DNA of 64,000 bases. It comes from Pseudomonadota bacterium (lineage in GTDB: Bacteria > Pseudomonadota > Alphaproteobacteria > Rhodobacterales > Rhodobacteraceae). The stretch lies in assembly GCA_039816785.1 (NCBI GenBank), contig JBCBXB010000016.1, forward strand, positions 4,784-68,783, read 5' to 3'. Below, piece by piece: positions 54,537 through 63,685 of the stretch. Every line of letters starts with the position of its first letter. Position 1 is the stretch's first letter. The translations under genes and the position numbers were made by a program. Under the pieces are notes generated by a model. It had not been told where the DNA came from. It ran no database searches and saw nothing but the letters and a program-made list of their open reading frames with translations.

Positions 54537-57500
54537 ATGACAGATGCCCCCCGATTCATTCACCTGCGCACGCATTCGGAATATTCGCTGCTCGAAGGGG
54601 CGCTGCGCCTCAAGAAGCTGCCCGGCATGGTGCGGGACGCGGGCATGCCCGCCATTGCGCTGACCGACACCAACAACATGTTTGCCGCACTCGAGTTTTC
54701 GGTGGGCATGGCCGGGGCCGGGGTCCAGCCGATCATCGGCTGCCAGGTCGATCTGCAATATGTCACCCCGCGCCCCGGGGAGCGGCCCCGCGATCCGGCG
54801 CCGCTTGTCCTGCTGGCACAAAGCGAGGCGGGCTATGAGAACTTGATGAAGCTCAACTCGTGCCTCTATCTGCGCGCAGGCTCCGAGCTGCCGCATGTGA
54901 CCGTGGACGAGTTGCGCGCCCACGCGGCGGGGGTGATCTGCCTGACCGGGGGACCGGACGGCGCGGTGGGCCAGCTTTTGCAGGCGGGCCAACGCCCGGC
55001 GGCCGAGGCGCTGATGGCGGCACTGGCGGAGATGTTCGGCGACCGGCTTTATGTCGAGTTGCAGCGCCACCCCGGCGAGGATGGCGCGCCGCAGGCCGAA
55101 CGTCTGACCGAGCGCCCGCTGGTCGAGATGGCCTATGCGATGGACCTGCCGCTGGTTGCGACCAACGACGTCTATTTCCCCAAACCGGATATGTACGAAA
55201 GTCACGACGCGCTGATCTGCATTGCCGATGGCGCCTATGTCGACCAGCAGGAGCCGCGCCGTCGCCTGACCCCGCAGCACTATTTCAAGAGCCAGGCCGA
55301 GATGGTCACGCTGTTTGCCGACCTGCCCGAAGCGATCGAAAACACGGTCGAGATTGCACGACGCTGCGCGTTCATGGCCTATCGCCGCGACCCGATCCTG
55401 CCCAAGTTCGCCGATGACGAGGTGGTGGAGCTGCGCCGTCAGGCCAATGACGGCCTGCAGGCCCGGCTCAAGGTGATCCCCCATGCCGCGTCGGTCGAGG
55501 AGTACCAGAAGCGCCTCGATTTCGAGCTGGATATCATCGAGGGGATGGGCTTTCCCGGCTACTTCCTCATCGTGGCGGATTTCATCAAATGGGCCAAAGA
55601 TGAACACATCCCCGTGGGGCCCGGGCGCGGCTCCGGTGCGGGCTCGCTTGTGGCCTATGCGTTGACGATCACCGACCTTGATCCGCTGCGCTACGCATTG
55701 CTGTTCGAGCGGTTTTTGAACCCCGAACGGGTCAGCATGCCGGACTTCGACATCGACTTTTGCATGGACCGCCGCGAGGAAGTGATCCGCTATGTGCAAG
55801 AGAAATACGGGCGCGACAAGGTGGGGCAGATCATCACCTTTGGCGCGTTGCTGTCCAAAGCCGCCGTGCGCGACATCGGGCGCGTGCTGCAAATGCCCTA
55901 CGGCCAGGTCGACAGGCTGTCCAAACTGATCCCGGTCGAGGGCGTCAAACCGGTGAGCATCGAAAAGGCGCTCGCGGACGAGCCGCGCCTGCGCGAAGAG
56001 GCCCGCAACGAAGAGGTGGTGGACCGGCTGCTCACCTATGGCCAGCAGGTCGAGGGACTGCTGCGCAACGCCTCCACCCACGCCGCGGGCGTGGTGATCG
56101 GGGACAGGCCGCTGGACGCGCTTGTGCCGCTCTATCAGGACCCTCGCTCTGACATGCCCGCGACCCAGTTCAACATGAAATGGGTGGAGCAGGCGGGGCT
56201 GGTCAAGTTCGACTTTCTGGGCCTCAAAACGCTGACAGTGATCCAGAATGCGGTCGACCAGATCCTCGCCTCCGGTCGCGCACTGCACGTGACCGCCGAC
56301 GGGACCGAGCTCTATACGCCCGCGCAGGGCATGGAGAACGACATCGGCGGCATCCCGCTGAATGATGAGCCGTCCTACAAGCTGTATGCGGCGGGTAAAA
56401 CGGTCGCGGTGTTCCAGGTGGAAAGCTCGGGCATGATCGATGCGCTCAAGCGGATGAAGCCGGACTGTATCGAGGACATCATCGCGCTTGTCGCGCTCTA
56501 CCGTCCCGGCCCAATGGAGAACATTCCCAAGTTCTGCGAGGTCAAGAACGGCCTGAGCGAACGCGAACAGCTGCACCCGACGATCGATCATATCCTGGAC
56601 GAGACCCAGGGCATCATCGTCTACCAGGAACAGGTGATGCAGATCGCGCAGGAGATGGCAGGGTATTCACTTGGCGGTGCGGACCTGCTTCGCCGTGCGA
56701 TGGGCAAGAAGATCCAGGAGGCGATGGACGCCGAACGGCCCAAATTCCTCAAGGGGTCAGCCGAAAACGGCGTTGACGAGGGCAAGGCCATCGAGGTGTG
56801 GAACCTGCTGGACAAGTTCGCCAACTACGGTTTCAACAAATCCCACGCGGCGGCCTACGCGGTGGTCAGCTACCAGACGGCATGGCTCAAGGCGAACCAC
56901 CCGGTTGAATTCATGGCCGGTGTGATGAATTGCGATATCCACCTGACGGACAAGCTCGCGGTCTATTTCGAAGAGGTCCGCAAGGGGCTGGGCCTGCCCT
57001 GGGTGCCACCTTGCGTGAACCGGTCGGATGCGACGTTCAGGGTCGTGGACGGCGCGCTGGTCTATGCCCTCGGCGCCCTGAAGAATGTCGGTGTGGAGGC
57101 GATGCGGCTGGTGCAGGACGCGCGCGGCGACAAGCCCTTCGTCACCCTCTTTGACTTTGCCCGCCGGGTGGATCTGAAACGGGTGGGCAAGCGGCCCTTG
57201 GAGATGCTGGCGCGCGCGGGTGCGTTTGATCAACTAGACCCGAACCGGCGGCGGGTCTTTGACGCGCTCGATGCGCTCAGCGCTTATTCTGCGGCGATCC
57301 ACGACCAGAAGAACTCCAATCAGGTGTCTCTCTTTGGTGAGGCGGGCGACGATCTGCCCGAACCGCGCCTGATGCCCGTGGACGACTGGCTGCCTGCTGA
57401 ACGGCTTGGCGAAGAGCACAAGGCCGTCGGGTTCTACCTGTCGGGCCACCCGCTGGATGACTACGCTGGTGCCCTCAAGCGCAAGGGCGTCGTGACCCTC

Positions 57501-58037
57501 GACGAGGTCACGGCCAAGGCCGAAGGCGCGCCGCTGGTGGCCAAGCTCGCCGGGGTGGTATCGGGCCTGCAGGTCCGCAAGTCCGCGCGCGGCAACCGTT
57601 TCGCGTTTTGCCAGATGTCCGACCATACGGGCGCGTACGAGGTCACGCTGTTCTCCGAAAGCCTGGAAAAGTCACAGGACGTTCTGGAAACCGGGGCCAA
57701 GGTGATCGTCACCGTCGAGGCGACGATGGAGGCGGATCAGCTCAAGCTTTTGGGCCGCTCCGTCGCGCCCATCGACACGGTGGTCGCGGATGTGACCGGC
57801 ATGGGCCTGCGCATCTATGTCGAGGTGCCCGCCGCCATCGCCTCGGTCGCGTCCGTGCTGGAGGGCGCGAAACAGGCGACCAAGGGGGCAGGGCGGGGCC
57901 CGATCTCCGTCTGTCTGATGGACGACAGCCTGCCGGGCGAGGTCGAAATGGACCTTGGTGCAGAGTTCCCGGTGTCGCCGCAGATCCGCGGTGCGATCAA
58001 ATCCCTGTCCGGTGTGATCGAGGTCGAAGAGCTCTGA
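54537..58037 (+). CDS. dnaE: DNA polymerase III alpha subunit
   Basis: 1166 aa. PHP domain at the N-terminus ([15 protein letters not shown]), polymerase core and an OB fold. Confidence 0.95.
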   Translation: MTDAPRFIHLRTHSEYSLLEGALRLKKLPGMVRDAGMPAIALTDTNNMFAALEFSVGMAGAGVQPIIGCQVDLQYVTPRPGERPRDPAPLVLLAQSEAGYENLMKLNSCLYLRAGSELPHVTVDELRAHAAGVICLTGGPDGAVGQLLQAGQRPAAEALMAALAEMFGDRLYVELQRHPGEDGAPQAERLTERPLVEMAYAMDLPLVATNDVYFPKPDMYESHDALICIADGAYVDQQEPRRRLTPQHYFKSQAEMVTLFADLPEAIENTVEIARRCAFMAYRRDPILPKFADDEVVELRRQANDGLQARLKVIPHAASVEEYQKRLDFELDIIEGMGFPGYFLIVADFIKWAKDEHIPVGPGRGSGAGSLVAYALTITDLDPLRYALLFERFLNPERVSMPDFDIDFCMDRREEVIRYVQEKYGRDKVGQIITFGALLSKAAVRDIGRVLQMPYGQVDRLSKLIPVEGVKPVSIEKALADEPRLREEARNEEVVDRLLTYGQQVEGLLRNASTHAAGVVIGDRPLDALVPLYQDPRSDMPATQFNMKWVEQAGLVKFDFLGLKTLTVIQNAVDQILASGRALHVTADGTELYTPAQGMENDIGGIPLNDEPSYKLYAAGKTVAVFQVESSGMIDALKRMKPDCIEDIIALVALYRPGPMENIPKFCEVKNGLSEREQLHPTIDHILDETQGIIVYQEQVMQIAQEMAGYSLGGADLLRRAMGKKIQEAMDAERPKFLKGSAENGVDEGKAIEVWNLLDKFANYGFNKSHAAAYAVVSYQTAWLKANHPVEFMAGVMNCDIHLTDKLAVYFEEVRKGLGLPWVPPCVNRSDATFRVVDGALVYALGALKNVGVEAMRLVQDARGDKPFVTLFDFARRVDLKRVGKRPLEMLARAGAFDQLDPNRRRVFDALDALSAYSAAIHDQKNSNQVSLFGEAGDDLPEPRLMPVDDWLPAERLGEEHKAVGFYLSGHPLDDYAGALKRKGVVTLDEVTAKAEGAPLVAKLAGVVSGLQVRKSARGNRFAFCQMSDHTGAYEVTLFSESLEKSQDVLETGAKVIVTVEATMEADQLKLLGRSVAPIDTVVADVTGMGLRIYVEVPAAIASVASVLEGAKQATKGAGRGPISVCLMDDSLPGEVEMDLGAEFPVSPQIRGAIKSLSGVIEVEEL

Positions 58038-58113
58038 CAGGCGATCCTCCGCCCGCAGAGTGGACGCATGGGTTACGAAAAGGTAAACCTGTGGACAACT
58101 TGGGGGACGCGCG

Positions 58114-59193
58114 ATGCGCAGCACGTGGGCAGCACTACCGATCCTTGCGGCTTTGGCCGGATGCGGCGACCCGCTGGGCGGGATCGAACGGGTGTCGGAA
58201 TTGCCCGGCACCTTGCCCGAAACGCCCGCCGCCGCCGCGCTGCCAGACGCAGCGGAGGCCGCGCAACCGCCGATCCTTGCCGGCCTGTTCCGCCGCCCCG
58301 AACCACGAGACGCCACTGATCCGGGCATCCTCGCAGCCCTGCGGGAGGCCAACGGGCTGGAGGCCGCGCCGGTCGAGGCGGTCGCACAGGTAGAGGAAAG
58401 CGAAGCGGTGGTCGACCCGGTTGCAGCCCCGGCAGAAACGGCGGAGCGGCGTGGCGTCCTGGGCTGGCTGCGCCGTGCGGCAGAAAACGAAGGCGCCGAA
58501 GCCGCACCAGATGAACCGCCCGTTGTGGAGGCAGACACCGGTGAGGCGCCTGCCGCAGAAGAGCCTGCGCAATTGCCGCAGGACGTTCAGGTCGCGTCGC
58601 TCGAGGTTACAACTCCGACGCCGCCCAAACGGCGCGGACTCTTTGGCCTGCGCAACACCCCGGCATCGTCAGCCGCCAGACCACAGACGCGCAAAGGCCC
58701 CGATGCACAGGATGTCGCCGTCGGCACGGTGCTGCCCTTTGGCGAGATCGCCCGCGTCTGCGACGCCAAAGCCCGCGACATGGGGAAAATCGTCGCCAGA
58801 GCCGCGCGCAAGGGGCGTGGCTATGTTCTGTATGACAGCGCGCCGGACAGCCCTGACGCCCGCACGTTCTATGTGACCGGATTTTCCGACAACTGCCCGC
58901 GCCAGTTCACCGCCTCCATCGCCCTGTTCGGAGAGCCGGTGTTGCACGAACAACTGCGCTACGGCCTGCCGGCGCGCGATTTCCCGTATTCCGCCACCGA
59001 CGAAGCCTATGAAAAGCTCAAAGCGCGGGTATGCAATGTGGGCCGGACCAAGCCCTGCGGGCCGCGCATTTCGCGGCTGGAAAACACGACGACATTCGTG
59101 AGCGTCTACGAGAATTTCGGCGAAAACGCCCGCTGGAATGACATCCTGCTGCATGATGGCGAAGTGTTGGCGGCGGCGCTGAAGACCCCGTGA
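58114..59193 (+). CDS. Hypothetical lipoprotein with an Ala/Pro/Glu-rich linker and a conserved-looking C-terminal domain
   Basis: Lipobox LAALAGC. 359 aa. No family recognised. Confidence 0.7.
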   Translation: MRSTWAALPILAALAGCGDPLGGIERVSELPGTLPETPAAAALPDAAEAAQPPILAGLFRRPEPRDATDPGILAALREANGLEAAPVEAVAQVEESEAVVDPVAAPAETAERRGVLGWLRRAAENEGAEAAPDEPPVVEADTGEAPAAEEPAQLPQDVQVASLEVTTPTPPKRRGLFGLRNTPASSAARPQTRKGPDAQDVAVGTVLPFGEIARVCDAKARDMGKIVARAARKGRGYVLYDSAPDSPDARTFYVTGFSDNCPRQFTASIALFGEPVLHEQLRYGLPARDFPYSATDEAYEKLKARVCNVGRTKPCGPRISRLENTTTFVSVYENFGENARWNDILLHDGEVLAAALKTP

Positions 59194-59203
59194 CCGGCAA
59201 AGC

Positions 59204-59246
59204 GGAATCCGACCCTCCGGGGGGGATTCTTTTGGGACAGAGACGG
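59204..59246 (+). repeat. Terminator-like repeat T1, copy e (GGAATCCGACCCTCCGGGGGGGATTCTTTTGGGACAGAGACGG)
   Basis: Starts 11 nt after the lipoprotein gene stop, in the same sense as that gene. Confidence 0.7.
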
Positions 59247-59325
59247 AGGGGCGCTGCGCAAAAGCCCGCTCGATCGCCTGAGATCGGATGAGCCAGATCA
59301 GCATCAGCATCGCGTTCAAGGCGCA

Positions 59326-59351
59326 TTAACCTTAATGCCTGTTAAGGTTAA
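59326..59351. repeat. Perfect AT-rich inverted repeat TTAACCTTAA-TGCCTG-TTAAGGTTAA
   Basis: Read directly. It lies in the 267-bp segment between T1 copies e and f. Confidence 0.6.
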
Positions 59352-59513
59352 CCCCGTGTAAAGCAACAGACCCAAACACCGGCGCAGATCCGACCCCCGA
59401 TCCGGTCAATACGATCAGATCAGGGGCCGTCTCCGTCCACACCGGTTCGCATCCCTGCTCCCGGTGCTCTGCCAGCAAACACCATACGTGGTTACCAAAG
59501 CGTAAACGCCGCC

Positions 59514-59553
59514 CCGTCTCTGTCCTAAAAAATCCTCCCCGAAGGATCGATCC
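59514..59553 (-). repeat. Terminator-like repeat T1, copy f
   Basis: The + strand reads CCGTCTCTGTCC-TAAAAAATCCTCCCCGAAGGATCGATCC. In minus sense, ATCCTT-CGGG-GAGGAT is a hairpin followed by T6 and then AGGACAGAGACGG, 18 nt after the slyX stop. Confidence 0.7.
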
Positions 59554-59570
59554 ACCCCAAGCACCCCACC

Positions 59571-59765
59571 TCAATAATGGGGCGGGCGTTCGTCGCCGAT
59601 GACCACGCCACCGGTTCCGGCCTGGTCGCGTTCCGCCTCGCGGGCGATCAGAATGTCGGCCTGCCGCATCAGGCGGGTGATCTCCGCGTCCTGCCGGGCC
59701 ACCACGTCCGACAATTCTTCGACCATGCGTTCCAGATGGGCGATGCGTTCTTCCAGCTCCGTCAT
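59571..59765 (-). CDS. slyX: SlyX-family protein
   Basis: ATG at 59765 with an AGGAGG ribosome-binding site. 64 aa coiled coil: MTELEERIAHLERMVEELSDVVARQ. Confidence 0.8.
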   Translation of the reverse strand: MTELEERIAHLERMVEELSDVVARQDAEITRLMRQADILIAREAERDQAGTGGVVIGDERPPHY

Positions 59766-59883
59766 CGGGCGCCTCCTTGCCTCTGTCATCTGGGCCAGAT
59801 CGCACCCCAACGCAAGGCCGCGCCTTGCCCCCTTGGTGTGACTGGGTTAGTGACGCGCGCGAACCGCAGATGGAGTGGCAGGC

Positions 59884-61494
59884 ATGGCCAAGCCCAAAAA
59901 GACCCCCCGCCCCAAGGCGCAGACGCCCAAGGGGTTTCGCGACTATTTCGGCGCCGACGTCACCGAACGTGCGGCGATGCTGGAAAAGATCGCCGGGGTC
60001 TATCATCGCTACGGTTTCGACGCGCTGGAATCGAGCGCGGTGGAAACGGTTGAGGCCCTGGGCAAGTTCCTGCCCGACGTCGACCGCCCGAACGAGGGCG
60101 TGTTCGCCTGGCAGGAGGATGATGACTGGCTCGCCCTGCGCTACGACATGACCGCTCCGCTGGCGCGGGTCTATGCCCAGCACCGCAACGACCTGCCGAA
60201 CCCGTATCGCCGGTTCACGATGGGGCCCGTGTGGCGCAATGAAAAGCCGGGACCGGGACGGTTTCGCCAGTTTTATCAATGTGATGCGGACACGGTCGGA
60301 TCGGCCTCCATGGCGGCGGATGCGGAGATTTGTGCAATGCTGTCGGACTGTATCGAGGCGGTCGGCATCCAGCGCGGTGATTACGTTATCCGGATCAACA
60401 ACCGCAAGGTGCTGAACGGGGTGATGGAGGTCACGGGCCTTGCCGGGGACGACAAGGCGGCCGAACGCGGCATCGTGCTGCGCGCCATCGACAAGCTGGA
60501 CCGGCTTGGGCCCGAGGGCGTGCGCGCGCTGCTCGGCGCAGGTCGCAAGGACGAGAGCGGTGATTTCACCGACGGGGCGGGACTGGGAGACGGGCAAGTT
60601 CATGCCATCATGGCTTTTGTTGATGCTAATGAAACAACTGCTAAGAAAATCGAAACCGAAATGCCTGATCAAACTGGCGAGATTTCGCACGCGCAGAAGT
60701 CGGCGGCGGACACGCTTCGAGGCGCCAGAGTTGAAGCCGCCGGAAACACTTTGGAAACACTTGAGACAGATATCGTAAACGACGCACTCCTTGAACATTT
60801 GGATAAACTCGTTGGCCAGACAGAAATTGGTAGAATTGGCGTTCAAGAACTCCGTGAAATCTGCAGTCTCTTACGTTCCCAAGGCTACTGGTCGGACAGA
60901 ATTCGGATAGACCCTTCAGTCGTCCGCGGCCTCGGCTACTACACCGGGCCCGTCTACGAGGCGGAACTCACCTTCGACGTCCAGAACGAAAAGGGTCAAA
61001 CCGTGCATTTCGGCTCCGTCGCGGGCGGGGGGCGCTATGACGATCTGGTCAAGCGCTTTACCGGACAGGAAGTGCCCGCCACCGGCGTCTCCATCGGCGT
61101 GGACCGCCTGCTGGCCGCCCTGCGCGCCACGAACCGCATCGGCACCGACAGCCACGGCCCCGTCGTCGTCACCGTCATGGACCGTGATCAGATGGCCGAC
61201 TACCAGTCCATCGTGGCCGATCTACGCAACGCGGGCATTCGAGCCGAGGTTTACCTCGGCAACCCCAAGAACTTTGGCAACCAGTTGAAATACGCCGATA
61301 AACGGGGCAGCCCCGCCGCCATCATCGTCGGCGTGGAGGAGCGTGAAAAGGGCGTCGTGCAGATCAAGGACCTGATCCTGGGCGCCAAGATTGCCGAGAC
61401 CGCCACCCATGAGGAATGGGCCGAAAACCCCAGCCAGTTCGAGGTGCCGCGCGACCAGATGATCGCCAGGCTGCGCGAGATCCTCGGCCAATGA
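59884..61494 (+). CDS. hisS: Histidine--tRNA ligase (long alphaproteobacterial type) with an enlarged, lower-GC insertion-domain segment
   Basis: Class II motifs are present ([29 protein letters not shown]). ATG at 59884 (a GTG at 59875 is possible). The stop overlaps the hisZ start (ATGA). Confidence 0.9.
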   Translation: MAKPKKTPRPKAQTPKGFRDYFGADVTERAAMLEKIAGVYHRYGFDALESSAVETVEALGKFLPDVDRPNEGVFAWQEDDDWLALRYDMTAPLARVYAQHRNDLPNPYRRFTMGPVWRNEKPGPGRFRQFYQCDADTVGSASMAADAEICAMLSDCIEAVGIQRGDYVIRINNRKVLNGVMEVTGLAGDDKAAERGIVLRAIDKLDRLGPEGVRALLGAGRKDESGDFTDGAGLGDGQVHAIMAFVDANETTAKKIETEMPDQTGEISHAQKSAADTLRGARVEAAGNTLETLETDIVNDALLEHLDKLVGQTEIGRIGVQELREICSLLRSQGYWSDRIRIDPSVVRGLGYYTGPVYEAELTFDVQNEKGQTVHFGSVAGGGRYDDLVKRFTGQEVPATGVSIGVDRLLAALRATNRIGTDSHGPVVVTVMDRDQMADYQSIVADLRNAGIRAEVYLGNPKNFGNQLKYADKRGSPAAIIVGVEEREKGVVQIKDLILGAKIAETATHEEWAENPSQFEVPRDQMIARLREILGQ

Positions 61495-62555
61495 CGCGCG
61501 CACTGGCGCTGGCCTTGCGTGACCGCTTTGCGGGCTTGGGCGCGCGGGTGGTCGAGCCGCCTGTGCTGTTGCAGGCGGACGTGCTGCTGGACCTCTACGG
61601 CGAGGACATTCGTGGGCGGGCCTACGTGACGGCGGATGCCTTGCGCGGTGAACAGATGCTGCGGCCCGACTTTACCGTGCCCGTCGTCCAGATGCACATG
61701 TCCGAGGGCACCGCACCGGCCCGCTACACCTATGCCGGTGAGGTGTTCCGGCGGCAGGAGGACGATCCCGAACGGGACAACGAATACCTGCAGGTTGGCT
61801 ACGAGGTGTTTGACGCCGCAGACCCCGCTGCAGCGGATGCGGACGTGTTTTCCGTTTTGTCACAGGCGGTTGCGCATCTGCCCCTGCGCGCGGCAACAGG
61901 TGATATCGGCATCCTCATGGCGGCGGTCGACGGGCTGAACACATCCCCCAGACGCAAGGCCGCCCTGCGTCGCCACATCTGGCGACCACGCCGGTTTCGC
62001 GCTCTGCTGGACCGGTTTGGCAGGCGCAGCGCGGTGCCCGCGAGCCGTGTGGCCCTGCTGGCCGGTGACAGGCCCGCGCCGGGCCCGCATACCGGTTTGC
62101 GCAGCCCCGCCGAGATCGAGGCCCGCATCGCGGCCCTGCACGAGGATGCGCAGCAGCCGCCGATCAGCGGGGCGGAGATGGAGGGCCTCGACACCCTGTT
62201 CAGCGTGCGCGAGACATTGCCCTACGCGCTGGAGCAGTTGCAGGACCTCGCCGTTGATCTGCCTTCGATCACAAGCGCGGTGGCGCGTTTGCAGGCCCGG
62301 ACCCGGGCGCTGGCCGACCGCGGTGTCGACGTCGCGGCGCTGGAATTCGAGGCGAGCTACGGGCGCACATCGATGGAATATTACGACGGTTTCGTCTTTG
62401 GCTTTTACGCCGAGGCGCGGCCCGATCTGCCGCCCGTGGTCACCGGCGGGCGTTATGACGCGCTGACCCGGCGGCTGGGCGGCACGGCGGCTGTGCCGGC
62501 GGTGGGCGGCGTCATCCGCCCGGGGCTGGTGGCCGCGCTGGAGGGCTCGACATGA
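61491..62555 (+). CDS. hisZ: ATP phosphoribosyltransferase regulatory subunit
   Basis: ATG at 61491. 354 aa HisRS paralogue lacking an anticodon-binding domain, positioned between hisS and hisG. Confidence 0.85.
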   Translation: MTRALALALRDRFAGLGARVVEPPVLLQADVLLDLYGEDIRGRAYVTADALRGEQMLRPDFTVPVVQMHMSEGTAPARYTYAGEVFRRQEDDPERDNEYLQVGYEVFDAADPAAADADVFSVLSQAVAHLPLRAATGDIGILMAAVDGLNTSPRRKAALRRHIWRPRRFRALLDRFGRRSAVPASRVALLAGDRPAPGPHTGLRSPAEIEARIAALHEDAQQPPISGAEMEGLDTLFSVRETLPYALEQLQDLAVDLPSITSAVARLQARTRALADRGVDVAALEFEASYGRTSMEYYDGFVFGFYAEARPDLPPVVTGGRYDALTRRLGGTAAVPAVGGVIRPGLVAALEGST

Positions 62556-63241
62556 CCCTGAAACTGGGCGTGCCGTCCAAGGGCCGGCTTATGGACAAGA
62601 CGTTTGACTGGTTCGCCAAGCGTGGCGTCACGCTCAGCCGGACCGGGTCGGACCGCGAATATGCCGGTGCCGTGCAAGGCATTGAAAACATGTCGCTTGT
62701 ACTGCTGTCGGCGAGCGAAATTCCTCGCGAACTGGCCTCCGGGCGCATCCATCTGGGCGTGACCGGCACCGACCTTGTGCAGGAAAAACTGCCCCTGTGG
62801 GAACAGCAGATCGAACCGCTCGAAGAGATGGGGTTTGGTCAGGCCGACCTCGTGCTGGCCGTGCCGCAGGCGTGGGTCGACGTGGACCTGACCGATGACC
62901 TGGACGCGGCTGCGGCGGCGTTTCGGGCGGCGCATGGCTTCCGGCTGCGCATCGCCACAAAATATCACCGGCTGGTGCGCGAGTTCTTGCGCGAGGCGGG
63001 CGTGGCGGATTACGCCATCGTCGACAGTCAGGGCGCGACCGAGGGCACCGTGGCCAACGAGACGGCAGAGGCCATTGCCGACATCACGTCAAGCGGTGAG
63101 ACCCTGCGCGCCAACCACCTCAAGGTCCTGAGCGACGGCCTGATCCTTGCCAGCCAGGCCACGCTGTGGCGCAGCCGCACGGCGCTGCTGGAAGACGCGG
63201 ACCGCGCCGCCTTGCGCGCATTGACAGAGCGGCTGGGCTGA
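62552..63241 (+). CDS. hisG: ATP phosphoribosyltransferase, short form
   Basis: 229 aa. The start overlaps the hisZ stop. Contains LGVPSKGRL and DITSSGETLRAN motifs. Confidence 0.9.
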   Translation: MTLKLGVPSKGRLMDKTFDWFAKRGVTLSRTGSDREYAGAVQGIENMSLVLLSASEIPRELASGRIHLGVTGTDLVQEKLPLWEQQIEPLEEMGFGQADLVLAVPQAWVDVDLTDDLDAAAAAFRAAHGFRLRIATKYHRLVREFLREAGVADYAIVDSQGATEGTVANETAEAIADITSSGETLRANHLKVLSDGLILASQATLWRSRTALLEDADRAALRALTERLG

Positions 63242-63287
63242 CGGCACCGCACGCGCAACACCTGACATCACGTGCAGGTGCAGATGC

Positions 63288-63430
63288 GTTAACGCCATGA
63301 AAACAAGGGCCATGACGGGGTCACAACCTGTACACACCCTGTGCACAACCCGTACACAGCAGGATGCACAATGGCTGTGGATTGCAGGATGAACCGAGCG
63401 TTCGGTGCTGTTGGTGAACGAATGGTTAAC
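63288..63430. promoter_or_regulatory. Phased-hexamer module, copy 2: GTTAAC, then GGGGTCACAACC, then GTACAC/GTGCAC/GTACAC/ATGCAC at 11-13 bp spacing, then GGTTAAC
   Basis: Read directly. It has the same architecture as 20045-20131 and sits exactly at the transition to lower-GC DNA. Confidence 0.55.
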
Positions 63431-63685
63431 GGCGGGTGTGCGGACATAGCTGACTTTCCCGGGCAGGTTTGAGCTTGTCGTTGTTCGTCGAGCATTCTGC
63501 GCGGCACGGTCGAACTTGTTCTATGGAGATGCTTTCAAAATAACAGCGCGCCTGCGTATTATCCTTTTTTGCCATTTGCCTAGAGAATATTCCTGTGAGC
63601 GTCGACTTGGCCGTTTGACATGAACTCGCCTGCACTGTTACTGGTTTCGAGATAGTGATGCAAAAACAGAAAGATAGTGAGGGGA

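Noticed and set aside
60596-60915. The hisS lower-GC insert read as an intein or other self-splicing element.
   Set aside because: The segment is only about 100 codons. It has no Cys/Ser/Thr N-extein junction followed by intein blocks, no terminal His-Asn, and no homing-endonuclease motifs. It is collinear with the normal HisRS insertion domain at both ends.
20063-63347. The two 31-nt near-identical sequences read as direct repeats (attL/attR) bounding a 43-kb mobile element.
   Set aside because: The interval has native GC and carries core genes (dnaE, hisS/hisZ/hisG, urt, xdh, ggt, tRNA-Gln). It contains no integrase, transposase or conjugation genes.
63422-63429. CtrA 8-mer TTAACCAT (reverse strand), with the TTAACC half-sites and a TGTGGAT DnaA-box-like heptamer (63376-63382), read as an origin of replication.
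   Set aside because: There is no full TTAA-N7-TTAAC site and no cluster of DnaA boxes. There are no dnaA, dnaN, hemE or parAB neighbours. A near-identical module 43 kb away is incompatible with a single chromosomal origin.
63426-63635. 69-aa minus-strand ORF at the edge of the lower-GC island.
   Set aside because: It has no ribosome-binding site and no motif, is Cys/Arg-rich, and overlaps the end of the repeat module. The evidence is insufficient to call it a gene.
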